From Octopus bimaculoides (Eukaryota), in the NCBI RefSeq assembly GCF_001194135.2, contig NC_068981.1, forward strand, positions 80,885,497 through 80,949,496: a stretch of DNA of 64,000 nt, written 5' to 3'. Below the pieces are notes generated by a model. That model did no database searches and was not told the origin of the DNA. It saw nothing but the letters and a program-made list of their open reading frames with translations. How positions within the stretch are numbered: the first letter of the stretch is position 1; each line of letters opens with the position of its first letter. Below are positions 13,428-26,650 of the stretch, piece by piece. A program made the position numbers and the translations under genes.

Positions 13428-14990
13428 GTCAGGCATGGTGAGGCAGCGAGCACGGATATGAAGACAGCTGAGGATTACCTCAAAACTTTTGCCGGAATTA
13501 TAGCAGCCGGATACATGCCTCAGCACGTCTTCAACTGTGGGGAGACATGACTTTTTTGGAAGAAGATGCCAAGGAGGCAGAGAAGAAGAGGATGCCAGGC
13601 CACAAACCCATGAAGGATAGGCTAACCCTCGCACTGTGCGCCAATGTCAAGGCCGTCGCTAAGCCCTTGCAACTCCTGCGGTCGCAAGGGGCCTTAACTT
13701 TGGTTAAGATATTGAACAAGAATTAAACTATGTTAACTGAAAATTTCAAGAAATAAAATGGTAATACATTGTACCTGCAAAATTTCTTGTAAAAATATTA
13801 CATTGTACCTCAAACGTGTACCAGACTTTTTGAATTGTCTATGATATCTATTGAACACGAACTTAGCTCTCAGATTGATTATTTTGAATTGATCGATGAC
13901 TTCGCGAAGCGAAAAGTGCGCTGTGTTTGTCTTTGAAAGTTGCCTGGATTATAAAAGTGCTCTTTTATTCATATCTAAAAGTTTTACTCATTGAAATTTG
14001 TGATAGATCTAAATAAATTTAACTTGTACTTTTAAAGATGTTCTTTAGGATAACATGAAATATTGGACTTCAGATGGAATAAAGGAAAATATAGCTATGA
14101 ATAAAAGATGCATAGATTATGAATTTTGATTGAAGGGATGGGGCCTCAAAACAAAAAGTTGCAGGAGGCCTCTAAAAGTCACGCGACGGAGCTGGCCAAT
14201 GCGAGCGGCGACTGAAAGATTAAGCCGCTGCTCGTTTATCATTCGGAAAACCCCAGAGCCTTTAAGTCACATAAGATTCTGAAAGAAAAACTGCAGGTTA
14301 TATGGAGGGCTAACCCAAAGGCGTAAGGTCACCGGGCAGTTCTTTGTGGAGTGGATGAATTTGGTCTTTGGTCCTGACGTTAAGAAATATCTCCATGAAA
14401 AGAACCTACTCCTGCAGGCCCTTCTCGTCCTGGACAATGCATCTGCTCACCCACCTAACCTCGAAGATGACATCCTCGAAGAGTTCAAGCTTATAAAGGT
14501 TCTCTACCTTCCACTCAACACCACCCCTATCCTGCAGCCCATGGGCCAGCTGGTGATTTATAATTTCAAGAAGCTCTTCACCAAGCACCTGTTCTGCCGC
14601 TGCTGTTTGGTGACGGAGAGCACAAACCTCACCCTTCGAGAGTTCTGGAAGGACCCCCATAACATCGTGATATACCTCAGAATCTTCGATATGACTTGGC
14701 TGGGTGTTACAAAGAGGACTTTGACCTCTGCGTGGAAGAAGCTGTAGCCTGAGGTTGTGTCTGAAACGGTCGTTGAAAGAGTCGAACCCGAAACGGCAGT
14801 AGTGGAAGAGGTCCCTCGGTAGTTCCATGAGCTTGGGCATGGATGAAGGTGACATCAACGAGCTCATCGATAGCACTCCGAGGAGCTGACAACGGAGGAA
14901 CCAAAGGAGCTACAGACGCTGCAACACACGGAAGTTTTGCAAGAAGTAGGTAACGCGAAAGAGGCGGAGGAGGTTATCTCTACAAGTATA
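13428..14990 (+). mobile_element. Tigger/pogo (TIGD1-like) DDE transposase pseudogene, split by a hAT insertion
   Basis: VRHGEAAS...HVFNCGET*LFWKKMPRR...GHKPMKDRLTLALCANA|SGD*KIKPLLVYHSENPRAFK...LLVLDNASAHP...LPLNTTPILQPMGQ...WKKL; stops and frameshifts present. Confidence 0.92.
13648..14194 (+). mobile_element. Internally deleted hAT element retaining the transposase C-terminus
   Basis: 8-bp TSD GCCAATGT (13640-47) / GCCAATGC (14195-202); imperfect TIR CAAGGCCGTCGC / CAGCTCCGTCGC; 13820-13936 encodes TRLFELSMISIEHELSSQIDYFELIDDFAKRKVRCVCL*, like the end of the hAT dimerisation domain. Confidence 0.8.
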
Positions 14991-15012
14991 AACACACGCA
15001 CGCACGCACGGA

Positions 15013-15068
<56 letters not shown>

Positions 15069-17569
15069 CATACATACATACACACATATATATATATACA
15101 TATATATATATACATACATATATATATATACATACATATATATATATACATACATATATATATATACATANNNNNNNNNNNNNNNNNNNNNNNNNNNNNN
15201 NNNNNNNNNNNNNNNNNNNNNNNNNNNNNNNNNNNNNNNNNNNNNNNNNNNNNNNNNNNNNNNNNNNNNNNNNNNNNNNNNNNNNNNNNNNNNNNNNNNN
15301 NNNNNNNNNNNNNNNNNNNNNNNNNNNNNNNNNNNNNNNNNNNNNNNNNNNNNNNNNNNNNNNNNNNNNNNNNNNNNNNNNNNNNNNNNNNNNNNNNNNN
15401 NNNNNNNNNNNNNNNNNNNNNNNNNNNNNNNNNNNNNNNNNNNNNNNNNNNNNNNNNNNNNNNNNNNNNNNNNNNNNNNNNNNNNNNNNNNNNNNNNNNN
15501 NNNNNNNNNNNNNNNNNNNNNNNNNNNNNNNNNNNNNNNNNNNNNNNNNNNNNNNNNNNNNNNNNNNNNNNNNNNNNNNNNNNNNNNNNNNNNNNNNNNN
15601 NNNNNNNNNNNNNNNNNNNNNNNNNNNNNNNNNNNNNNNNNNNNNNNNNNNNNNNACACACACATATATACATATATATATACACACACACATATATACA
15701 TATATATACACACACACACATTGTGTGTGTGTGTGTGTGTGTGTCACGATGGCGCCCCTACAACCCCATCATGAAATTGAGTCTATGGCATTAGATGGCA
15801 TATATATATATATATATGAGTATATGCATATATGAGTATATGCATATATATGTACGTGTATGTACATACCTTCATCTACATGTATATATAGATGCATATC
15901 TGGGTACAGGACGTTGGAAAAAAACATAGACAAAATGATAAACAAGGTACAAAAAACACGCAGGCCACATAGAGAACATTTCCTTCATCAGCTGCCACCA
16001 TTATAACACTGGTGTTTTGAACACACGCACATGCATTCAATTTTAATAATCGTTAGAGTATCGGATATAATGCGTCAACGATATTTGTTATAGCTTTGTG
16101 CCCTGAGTTCATATCTCGCTGAAGTCAACTTTGCCGTTAACCGTTTTGTAATTCACAAATAAATTCTCCCTCTCCGGCCGTCATATCGAGGCAGCCCTTG
16201 AGTCACCTGCTACTCTCCAGGTCTTCAAGCCCTATACAAGCTTATACAGTAGACCCAAAAAGTCCCGCACCCTTAAAAGTGCCGTCCGGGGCAGACCGAC
16301 CTCTCGCAAGCTCTTTCCCTCGCTACGCTACTGTTTACTCAACGTACCGCCGGAACAATCACGGAAGGGTCGAAAGGGTGTCTGTATCCGGTCCGACTAG
16401 ACAGACACCGAAAACAGTTAGCGAAAACATGCTACACGTTGATACCGATTGCATGTGACAGCAATTGATGTGTGTGTGTGTGTGAGTGTGTGTGTGTATA
16501 TGTTCAAATATCCACACACACACACACTTGACTATTCACCTTCGCCTCCTTACATTTGCTTTTTTTACTCTCCGCAATACCAACAGATCTTTAGTTGTTT
16601 CTAACCTACCCCCCTTTACTCTTTTACAAATCAACAATGTGCCAAACACTATCAGTGATGTTTACAATACTAACACGGCCAAACGCACAAGTTTGTAAAC
16701 CAACTAACTCCCCGTCACACGAGCCCCAGCTGATAAAACGATCTCGTGGCTGCGCCAGTTCACAGCGAATCCTAATATTCTCAGCTGAATCTGCCACAAC
16801 CGTTGGTGGTTTTCCTTTTTTTTTTTTCTCTTTTCTTTCTTTCTTTCTTTTAATGACTTCCAATAATTGGCTACAAAAAATAAATGAATAAATAAACAAT
16901 TCTGAAACTATTTATTTTTGTTTGTTTCGGAATATTCAAATGCAAATGTGGGAGATCGCTTGGTCGTAAAATTTTTTCTCCGTCGCTTCACAAAACAACC
17001 GGCTACATACTTTGTCATAACTACATATGGTTTAACTGACGAACTGGCTGAATACACTTCACATCGTTAAGAGTTCTTGATAAAGTAATTCAGTTATTCT
17101 CATTTTATTTTCATTTTCAAAAATTTCCAAATCTTCGTCCTTCCGTCAACTCAACCATCTACCAATCCAACTTCACAAAAAGTTTGTTTTTTTTCTTTCG
17201 TAGAAATACATCTACTACTCCTCTGTCACTATATTTTTCGTCTCAAGTAGTTTTATACAACTCTGTTTTCTTACAGCACTACTGCCTTCCACCCATTTCA
17301 TTTTATTTACTTTGTTTCTTTATATATATCTATCTATCTCTTTCCCCCATTCATTCACTCTATCCATTCATTCAATACATGCTTCGACTCGTTGTCGTCA
17401 CAACTTTCTCTCCGTCGCAGTTTGATTTACACGGTTCCTCACTGTTCCCTCTCTTACTTCCTTTCTCTCTCTCGCTCACTCACAAACACACACTCTCAGA
17501 CACATTCTCACTCACACACACATACTCTCACACTCACACAAACACTTTAATTGCTATCTTGTTTCGCAG

Positions 17570-18006
17570 CCGTCGTCAATAGCACAAGCGGCCTACAAGT
17601 TAGCTGTCACTTCCCATTGTCAGACAGCTACCGAGACAGAAAAAAGAAAAAATACTAATAAAAACGACGAAAGCCAAACAAAACAACCCCTCCCCTTTAC
17701 ATTCTCCTTTTTTCCTGTCACATTTCAATCCCAAACCCATTAGAAGCACTTCGACCTGACCGGGTGGATCGAGTACCTACAACAGTACTTCCTTTCGTTG
17801 TCGAGCACGGATAAACTCTACCATCCTTATTATTTTTGTTTTATTTTTTTTTTTTTCGCCGAAACACTGCTTAGTTTTTGAAACAACTATCTCTACGTGT
17901 AGACACAGTCTGTCCGACTCGAACCCTTGTCGGCAGGGATATAAATGAACAGTTGAATGGTCGGGACAGGATCAGGACTACCGTTTTAACACCAACGACT
18001 TCTCAG
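17570..18006 (+). other. Possible non-coding 5' exon
   Basis: Non-repetitive CpG-rich segment after a CT-rich tract, ending in CAG|GTGAGG at 18006/7; only short uORF-like frames. Confidence 0.25.
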
Positions 18007-18074
18007 GTGAGGCATGTTTATATACACAATTTATTAAATGCCAACACTTCGAACTTACCCAGACAGTGAAGCTG

Positions 18075-18107
<33 letters not shown>

Positions 18108-20768
18108 GTGTGTGTGTGTGTGTGTGTTTGTGCTTAGAGACATTTCGTTCAACTTAACGTTCTGATTTTAAATTCTGTCGAAGTCGACTTTGCCTTTAGG
18201 GCCGATGAAATAAGTACCAGTTGAGCACTGGAGTCGATGTCACCTTCTTCTCTCCTAAAATTTCAGACCTTGTGCCTATAATAGAAAGGTCTAACATGCA
18301 TCAAGGTGGTGAACTGGTTGTCGTTTGGGAGGACGAGTCGGAAAAAATGTCTTGTACGGGTTTTTTGCAGTTAACACGTTTTAAGTTCAAATCCCGCTAA
18401 GATCTACTTTGCCTTTCATTCCCCCGGAATCAATAATAAAATGTATCAGTCTCTCAGAATTGCTGTCCTTGTTCCTAATTCCGAAACCATTATTATACTG
18501 TTATTGTTATTTAGCCTCAGGTGAGTCCGGATCCAGCAGACTTATGTTCAAAACTGTAGCTATCCTGTTTGTTTTTGTTGCTGTTGTTTTGGAGTGTAGT
18601 GTACCTATGATTACATTACCTATTGCGTTCCTTCCAGTTTTAAGACATAAAGAACTTGACTGCTATTTCTAACTGAACCATGTAGAAGCTTCCTCGTTGG
18701 ATCGAGAATGTTAGATGTTGTATTTGTTGTTTTAGCTCTAATTTAACCTTGACCGAGCAGTCTCTGATTAAAGGCATTCTAGACATGACCATCCTGCCTT
18801 TATTTTTCCTTCAGTGCACTGAACTTAAGACCACATTACGCAACGTACTCATTTCTAAGATAGTAGGATGTGACATGAAAGAGATTTGACAGCTGTTACT
18901 AGCAAGGCAAGGTATCATGTAGGAGTTTCCTCGTTGAATCATGTGTGCTAAATATTTACATTGTTTATGCTTAAAGGCGGCGAGCAGACGGAGTTCCTAG
19001 AACACTGATTCTCAACCATGAGCACGGAAACTAACGAACGAATTTCGACAGGTCGATGATAAGTCTGAGAGCTATTCCGATCGATTGCCTTAAAATCCTA
19101 CTGAATTTCTATAATTAAATATTATTAGGAATTGTATAATAAAATTATTAATAGAAAGATGAATTTTATTCAACGCATAGATACTGAACAGTATAGATAG
19201 AAAGGATAAAATCCTTTTTTTCTTTTTAAAAGCAGAAAAATTTGTCGGCAATTTATCTTTCTACTTGTTCTACCATACATTTCAGCGCTTCGAAAAACAA
19301 ACTTCTTTGTTTACATACGGCGTAAAATTATTAATATTTTGTATATTGTAGAAGTGTAACCAATTTATTGCACATAGTTTTTAACAACAAAATCTTATGT
19401 TGACCCTGGTTGAGAACCACTGTCCTTGGGCGTCGGTAAAAAAAAATAAAAAAATAAAAATTGCGATATTTATTCTGGGTCTTTACGTTCAGAGTTCAGA
19501 TTCTGCTAAAGTCAACTTTTCTTTTTATCCTTTCGGGGGTCGGTGGTATCTATTAACCCCCCCCCCCTCAAAACTGCTGGCCTTGTGCCCAAATCGGAAG
19601 CGATTCTGTCATTTTGTTGTGATTCTATATAATGTTTGTGTGTCGCATTGTGTGCACATGTGGGTATCTTTTATTTGTTTCAGTCGTCGTACCCCAGTGG
19701 GTACTTATTCTATCGCTCCCTTTTGCCGGACGTAAACAAATCAACAGCGGTTGTCAAGTGATATTGGAGTTAGTAGAACAAACAGTCTCACACACACACA
19801 TACACATGACGGGCTCCCACACAGTTCCCGTCTACCAAATTCACTACCAGTGCGTTGGTTAGCCTGGCGGCTATAATGAAAGTTACTTGCACAGGGTGAC
19901 GTCCTATAGGACTGAACACGAAACCCCATGGTTGCAAAGCGGACTATTTATATTTTTCTCTTTCATTTGGCCCTCATCTCCTGATAGACTTGGGACATAC
20001 ATCGGGTCTCCAGTATTTTAAAACCTAGATGAGCCTGTCCTTTCATTCCAGGTCTGATTGNNNNNNNNNNNNNNNNNNNNNNNNNNNNNNNNNNNNNNNN
20101 NNNNNNNNNNNNNNNNNNNNNNNNNNNNNNNNNNNNNNNNNNNNNNNNNNNNNNNNNNNNNNNNNNNNNNNNNNNNNNNNNNNNNNNNNNNNNNNNNNNN
20201 NNNNNNNNNNCCAGTACTGGAACGGTACTTTATTTATTGGCCCCCAAAAGAATAAAAGGCAAAGATGACAGCGGCTAGATTCGAACTTAAATCGCAGAGA
20301 ACTGAAACGAACATCAAGGCATTCAAACTGACGCTCTAACGAATCAGCCTACTTTGGTGTCAATTTAATTTTACGCTCTGTTGCTGTTTGGTCCCAGGTT
20401 AGCTCCCTAATTCTTCGTCTTATTCTATTCGCATCTATGAATGCTCTCTAGATAAAAATTAGACTCGTGCTTTATTTTGTCGACCTCGGAAGGAATAAAA
20501 AGCTAAGTTAATCGCGGTAGGATATGAACTCCGAACGTAAAGGACTGTGATTAAATACCACAGGTATCTTGTCTGATGATTTAACGATTCAACCAATCTG
20601 CCACCTAATTAAGCAAGCTCATAATCAAATGCGTTTCAACCTTGACCATTCTGTCTTTTGGCATCACTAGAATTACCCAGTCAGTGTGTTTTTTTTCTTT
20701 TTTAAGATAGTAGAATGTGAGATGAGGGTGATTTGTTATTTCTTGTAGGCTGAGCAACAATGCAGAGG

Positions 20769-20799
<31 letters not shown>

Positions 20800-21179
20800 T
20801 GTAGTACTGCATATGTGCGCGACTTCTGTGGTGTGCGGTGTGTAAGCTTTAATTTGACTCCGTCTAATCTTGATGCGCGAATGTGTTATGGTAGTAGTGT
20901 GTGTGACCATGTTTGCTGTGCGTGTAATGGATACGTTAATAGATATAATGTGTTTCATCAGTCGACATCACTCTAGAATTGTATCCTCACTGTAATGTTA
21001 TAAAAATAAAGGGACTGTCTTATTACACATGTGTGGTCCATCAAACTATACACCGTTCCCCTTTTTTCTGGTGGTTCGGAAAATCTCACGCTTCATATTT
21101 TTCTAAGAATCTCAAAAACCATCGTACTTCCTATTTTTCACGATAAATCACAGCACTTTAACGTTATATTTTTGCAGTC

Positions 21180-21560
21180 AGTTCAACACTGGAGTTTCGT
21201 TTGTTTTTCCTTCGCTCTTTATTTCTCCTGGCTTGGTGTGGAGGTAGCGGGTGCGCCTATATGGCGTTTGTAAATCGTCCGACACTGATTGAAACGGTTG
21301 TTTTTCTTGAACATCTGAAGGCTGTCGGTAGACAGGAAAGGAATTCCAGTCCAGTGATGTTCTATGAAGGCAGGGCCGAGAATAGTGGTTAGTGTAGGGC
21401 CCACTTCCATTCAGGCTCACCCGATTTATTCTCGTGAGCCTACATGAAGGTGGTACGAGATAAAGCAGTTTTGAAGGGTGGAGGTCACTCTCATAGGCGA
21501 CAGTATACCTCTGTGAAGCAAAGATTGTTTGGTGTACGACTTTAGGCCAATCGACAGGTT
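21180..21560 (-). pseudogene. Degenerate LINE (CR1/L2-like) 3' coding relic
   Basis: Minus frame HWTGIPFLSTDSLQMFKKN resembles the WNxLP...SLxxFKK end of CR1/L2 RT. Confidence 0.4.
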
Positions 21561-21732
21561 AACATCGAACTAACATTGCTATTACAAAACTAGTAAAGAT
21601 CTACGACTAATTTGAAGAGAATATAATCAATGCGTTTAAAATGTAGGTGAATAGGAGAATGTTTTTAGTTTGTTACAAGAACCAATCGGACAAATGAATG
21701 GGTGTTACAGCTAGTCGGTAAAAGACAACTAA

Positions 21733-21990
21733 ACAATGTGAAAAACAAAAGCTCATCTGTTGTGGACATATTCGAAGAAGAAGAGGTCTGGAAAACATTA
21801 TCATGGAAGGATGAATAGAGGGAAGTAGATCAAGATACAAGCAAAAAATGCAATAGGTGGACAATATCACGAGCTAGTTGGACAAGAGTGACAAGGCAGC
21901 TGGAGAACTAACCCTTAATCGGGGAGACTTCCATTGTAGTGTCATCAATGCGCTGCAGGCGTACGATACATGACGACGACGACGACGACT
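21733..21990 (+). pseudogene. RTE LINE 3' relic with (GAC)n tail
   Basis: KQKLICCGHIRRRRGLENIIMEG*IEGSRSR matches the RTE C-terminal motif. Confidence 0.65.
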
Positions 21991-22562
21991 ATAGTGGTTA
22001 TCTGTGGGTTTGATTTAGGGTGCGTGTAACTACTTCAGAGCTTCGGAGAGAAATTTAGCCAGGTAAATCATGATTGCTTTCTATCCCCTAAAATGGAAAG
22101 ATCTCAAAAATCAAAGGGAGGGTTGTGAGTTTTTTTGTAGTGTGGGAAGGAGCTTGTTCTTGACTTTCCAGGCTAAAGGCCGATGTACCGGCTAAACTTT
22201 CCCCACAACTCCACCCCATCTTTCATAGTCACTGGGTAAAATAAAGTTGCAATGGTCAGGTTATAAGTATACTTTGATATTTAATACAAGGTAGTTGTGA
22301 ATGATTTTGAAACTTCGAAATATCCTACTGAACCATATTGATAGTTAATAAAATATAGTATTAAAGTGTATCATATTTAATGTATATAAACCGTTGATAG
22401 GCCATTTAAAGCTGTATTCGTCTTGAAATAACATCTTTTATGGATGTGTTGAGTGGAAAATAATAAATGTCGGACAAAGATGAAAATTCATCCAGGCAGC
22501 TGCTCGCGAGATTGCTTGATTTATTTTGGCCGTTTGAGGGATTTTTAATGACGCATACTCAC

Positions 22563-22726
22563 AGCCAGCCACATGCTCAGACGAGAATTCTCTCTTCTTA
22601 TCTTTATTAGGCACTACGGCCCGAACACAGAGGGGGGGGGGCACCACAAGGACAGACAACACGTGGGGTACATTTAACGAATGATCGAGAATTCTCTCTT
22701 GTCGACCGGCTACTGGTCTATTTATA
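22563..22726 (-). promoter_or_regulatory. Candidate TATA promoter plus first exon (ATG TGG CTG GCT|gtgagt)
   Basis: TATAAATA on the minus strand at 22726-22719; ATG at 22574; consensus donor GTGAGT at 22562. No downstream exon found. Confidence 0.3.
22597..22685 (-). mobile_element. 89-bp 5'-truncated L1/Tx1-tail insertion
   Basis: Perfect 15-bp TSD CGAGAATTCTCTCTT at 22582-96 and 22686-700; ends in AATAAAGATAAG on the minus strand. Confidence 0.75.
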
Positions 22727-23279
22727 ATGGCTGGCTACTACCACTTTTTTACCGGGAGGGGTGTACAGTTTCACTATACAACATTAATATAGAACTGAAA
22801 ATCGTTAATATACTATTACATGAATGTGATGCTTAACACAAACTACTATTGAAAAAATATAATTGCTGCCATAGATCAACAATGGAATATTACTTCTGTA
22901 TTTGGCAACATCCGCGAAAGTATCCAAAATGGAACTAATCGACAACAAGTCACTCATCAATATATTTCAACCTCTAAGGTTATCCATACGCTCTCTTCTC
23001 TGTCTTGGCTACCTACATTGGCTTCCGTTCCTCAGATCGAGCTGGTAGAGCATAACACCTCAACAGGAGTGTACTCGACTTATTTGTTTCTCCTCATCTC
23101 AACACTCGTCGTGTGTCTTCTCTCCCAGGACCCACACTGCTATTTATACTCAATGTTTCCTTCTCAAAATGTCAACGTTTTAGAAATCTTCTCCCGTTCA
23201 TGTTTTACCCTGATGGTCAGTTTGGTATCGCCAGTCGGAAGAATTAGAAAGATAATGGATACAGTTCTTTCCTAACTGG

Positions 23280-23324
<45 letters not shown>

Positions 23325-23843
23325 TCTGTTAGTGAGAAAGAGTGTGTGAGAGTGTTATTGACTTATACGGACGTTACTCACTTTCATAGTCCAATTATTA
23401 ACTACCGTATATACTCGTATATTAGTCGAATTTTTTAGACCATTTTTTAAGGTCAAATTTACGGAGTCGACTATGGATGCTACTTTTTAGGGGCTGAAAT
23501 TCAAGCTAGAATCCGAAGTACCTTACCACTAGTAGAATCCCAACTGATCTCTAAGCGAATACAAACTAAAGCACAATAAATTACAGTAATATTACCAATT
23601 CTATGCATCGAAACACACGTCCTAGTAAATAATAAAACCTATTAACAAGACCGCGTAGTTCTTATAAATATTTATACATTCTCTTTTATTTGTATCCATT
23701 AAATTTAACAGACTAGCTGAGTGAAATCAATTTGTATCTCATAACGTTAATACACTTCGGCCTAGGTGCTATCGTATTCACGCTCACGATCAGTTGCCAT
23801 TTCATGGAATGCGTTCGCCACATGATTCTTATAAGGTAAACTG

Positions 23844-24625
23844 GGATCTTTCTGAATTGACGGGCACCACTTTTCATTTATGTTTTATGTAGTGTTTTTG
23901 GTACCGAAACACTTTCAAACTTCGTATACTTGTATATTTTGTGTTATAGAACAGATAAAAATTTTTGTATTCGAAGTTATTTCATGTAAAAAATTGTCGT
24001 ATTTCGGTAATTTCAACCAATCACTGACGTCTATTGAGGTGAAAATAATTACTGCCGTGGAATGTAAACATGTTCTAACGGTGTCATGGGAGCTTTTCCC
24101 TTGAAGAAAATTAGTGCCGTTGTTTGTCAACAACAATTATCAGTGGTACTGTTATTTATGACATCGTTCGTGCGTTTGTACTGGTTTTAGCTTTAGGGTT
24201 TTAGGGTTCGGGTTTTAGAGTTAGGGTTAGTTTTAGGGTTATGATTATTTTTGCCATAACCTCACTCATAACCCTAACCCTAAAACCCTATAACTCATAA
24301 CCCTAACCCTAAAACCCTATAACTCATAACCCTAACCCTAACTCTAAAACCCGAACCCAAACCCTAAACCCTTACCAGGGAATAACGATCTTGACACCGG
24401 CAAAATTATTGTTTACAAAAACAGCAGTAACTGTATTCAGCTGAATAGACGTCAGTGATTGGTTGAAATTACAGAAATACGACAACTTTAACATGAAATA
24501 ACTTGCGATGTACAAATTTTTGTTAAGAAGAAAAAGATGTTTTATATGACACATTCTACCAGTATCCCAAGTTTGAAAGTGTTTCGTTGAGAAAACAAGT
24601 GGTGCCCGTCAATTCAGAAAGATCC
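23844..24625. mobile_element. Merlin-type foldback element with a telomere-like core
   Basis: Termini GGATCTTTCTGAATTGACGGGCACCACTT in perfect inverted orientation; decayed TSD GTAAACTG/GTAAAGGG; right arm nearly identical to 4751-4955; centre is TTAGGG-like then CCCTAA-like repeats. Confidence 0.7.
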
Positions 24626-24741
24626 GTAAAGGGTGTTGTGTTCTGTATATATGTTGTCACACAGAAAAAAAAAAGTTGCAGTATGTCATGTGCAGTTATC
24701 AGTAAATGTCCATAATATGGTGTAGAGTTGTTAATCTGTAG

Positions 24742-24863
24742 CAGGGGTTCCCAAAGTGTGTTCTGCAAACCCCCCAGACTTCCCTGAAAGTTATCAGGGG
24801 TTCCACGTTTTTAAAAATAATGTCGAAGGATTCCACGGCAAAAAAAAAGTTTGGGAACCACTG
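24742..24863. mobile_element. hAT-Charlie-type MITE
   Basis: TIR CAGGGGTTCCCAAA / TTTGGGAACCACTG; TSD not clearly preserved. Confidence 0.65.
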
Positions 24864-26597
24864 ATCGAGCGATTAACTAGATGTATTTAGGCTTACCGAA
24901 ATCATGCCTTTGTACGAATTCATACAAGGGTGTTTGCTGTTGTTCGCCGATAGTGTTGTCTGTGAAACACGTTTCTCACCATGTAAACAGACGAGCGGAG
25001 ATGAGGAAAATATAAATGTGGCATAAGAATCACTGATCTAGCGATTAATTGAATGTTTTTAGGCTTATCAGTCATGCCTTTGTACGAATTCAGACAGTGG
25101 CGTTTGCCAGTGTTCGTCAACAGTGCTGTCTGTGAAACACGTTTCTCACCATGTAAACAATGAGTGTATGACGTGTTTATTATGCTTGAAGATGCTATGC
25201 AGGCTTGCAGCATATCCTGTGCACACATTTTAGTAATGGTGATGTAGCACCAATCAATAGATGTGTAGTGCTTGCTATTAAATGGGGCTTTACTATAAGC
25301 ACTGAGTATTCCATTAAAAGCACCAAACATTCCACCTAGAGAGCAGGTTACAGTAAGATAGCTACACAATTTTGTAACAGTGTTATTTCTACGTACAGGA
25401 TAATACGGTACCTTGACCCACAAATGCTGATCTGTTGTTCGTGAAATATTAGGGTCGACTTTTATACGGGGTCTATGGAAAATTCCCAACTTTATAGCCT
25501 AAAATAGGAGGTCGACTTTTACATGAGATCGACTATTACTCAAGTATATACAGTAACTACAAATATATACTAAAATAACGTAAGTGCTCTTTTCTTTCGT
25601 TTCTACACACGCATAGATAGATAGATAGATAGATATTTGTGTGAGAGAGAGGATTACTTTTTGATCGGTTCAAATTTACCTGCATCTGGATAATTTAATT
25701 CAATAAGATTCTTGTTTTCAAAAATTAGAATTTTAAAGTAGTAAGTAGCCCAAATACAGAGACAAAAATAGTAACGTAGTTACTAACGTACAATCGTGTA
25801 ACCTATGACTTGTAGCTTATCTAGCAACCTTGTTGATATCCAATCGCGAAAAAAAATGTACCCAAACACAATCCTTGCGCTAATCAAAATATGTTTACGC
25901 TGGTTCTATTTATCTCTGTCATGGTATTTTGACAAATCTATTTTTCTTTCATTAAAATTAACAATTTGTATTCCAAACGTCAAAATACCACGGAAGAGAA
26001 ACGTGACAAACGTCAAGAAACTAATTAGTTTCTTAAATTCGCACAATGCCACAAATTCGTAGGGAGGAGCTTAGCCAATTAAATCGACTTGTAGTATATT
26101 ATTGGCTCTTGTTTCAACAATCGTGAGGGCGGTGGTTGGACAAAGCTGTTAGAATATCGGACAAAAGGACAAAATCCCCTGCAGTGTCCCTTCTGGCTGT
26201 TTACGTTATGAGCTGAAATCTCGTCAATATCAGCTTTGCTTTTTATCTTTCCGGGGTGGATAAGATGAATTACCAATTATATTAAGTACTGGAGCTGAAT
26301 CAACTGTTTTTCCCGCTTGTGCCTATATTAGAAAGTATTTTAACTTTGTAGCGATGAAAAACGAATAACTGCGAGATTTGAGTTCAGATCTAACTGTATA
26401 CTGCTACGTTCTTTGCTCGGCACTCTATCGTTTCTGAGAGAATGCCATTCCAATATGCTTACCTTCTTAATGGCCATGGAAAATAAGGAAAGTGAGAGAA
26501 TCAAAAGAGGCTCGATCCAATTTCTAAAGTCATTATAAGATTAAAATTAAAGATAAAAATAAACAAGGGTCAAAAACAAAAATATTTAGATGTCTGG

Positions 26598-26650
<53 letters not shown>

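Larger units (their letters stand above)
23405..25553. mobile_element. pogo/Tc2-type DNA transposon shell with nested elements
   Basis: TA-flanked TIRs CCGTATATACTCGTATATTAGTCGA / (rc) CTGTATATACTTGAGTAATAGTCGA; also contains a 170-bp-period tandem duplication (24861-24989 / 25031-25159). Confidence 0.75.

Noticed and set aside
18515-18520. Apparent 6-nt microexon ttag|CCTCAG|gtgagt
   Set aside because: Lies within a diverged copy of a dispersed repeat seen again at ~18735-18800, ~40200 and ~55740, so the splice-like signal is probably inherited from the repeat.
24184-24372. Ancestral telomere-telomere fusion site
   Set aside because: The array is short, degenerate and enclosed by transposon TIRs with a TSD.
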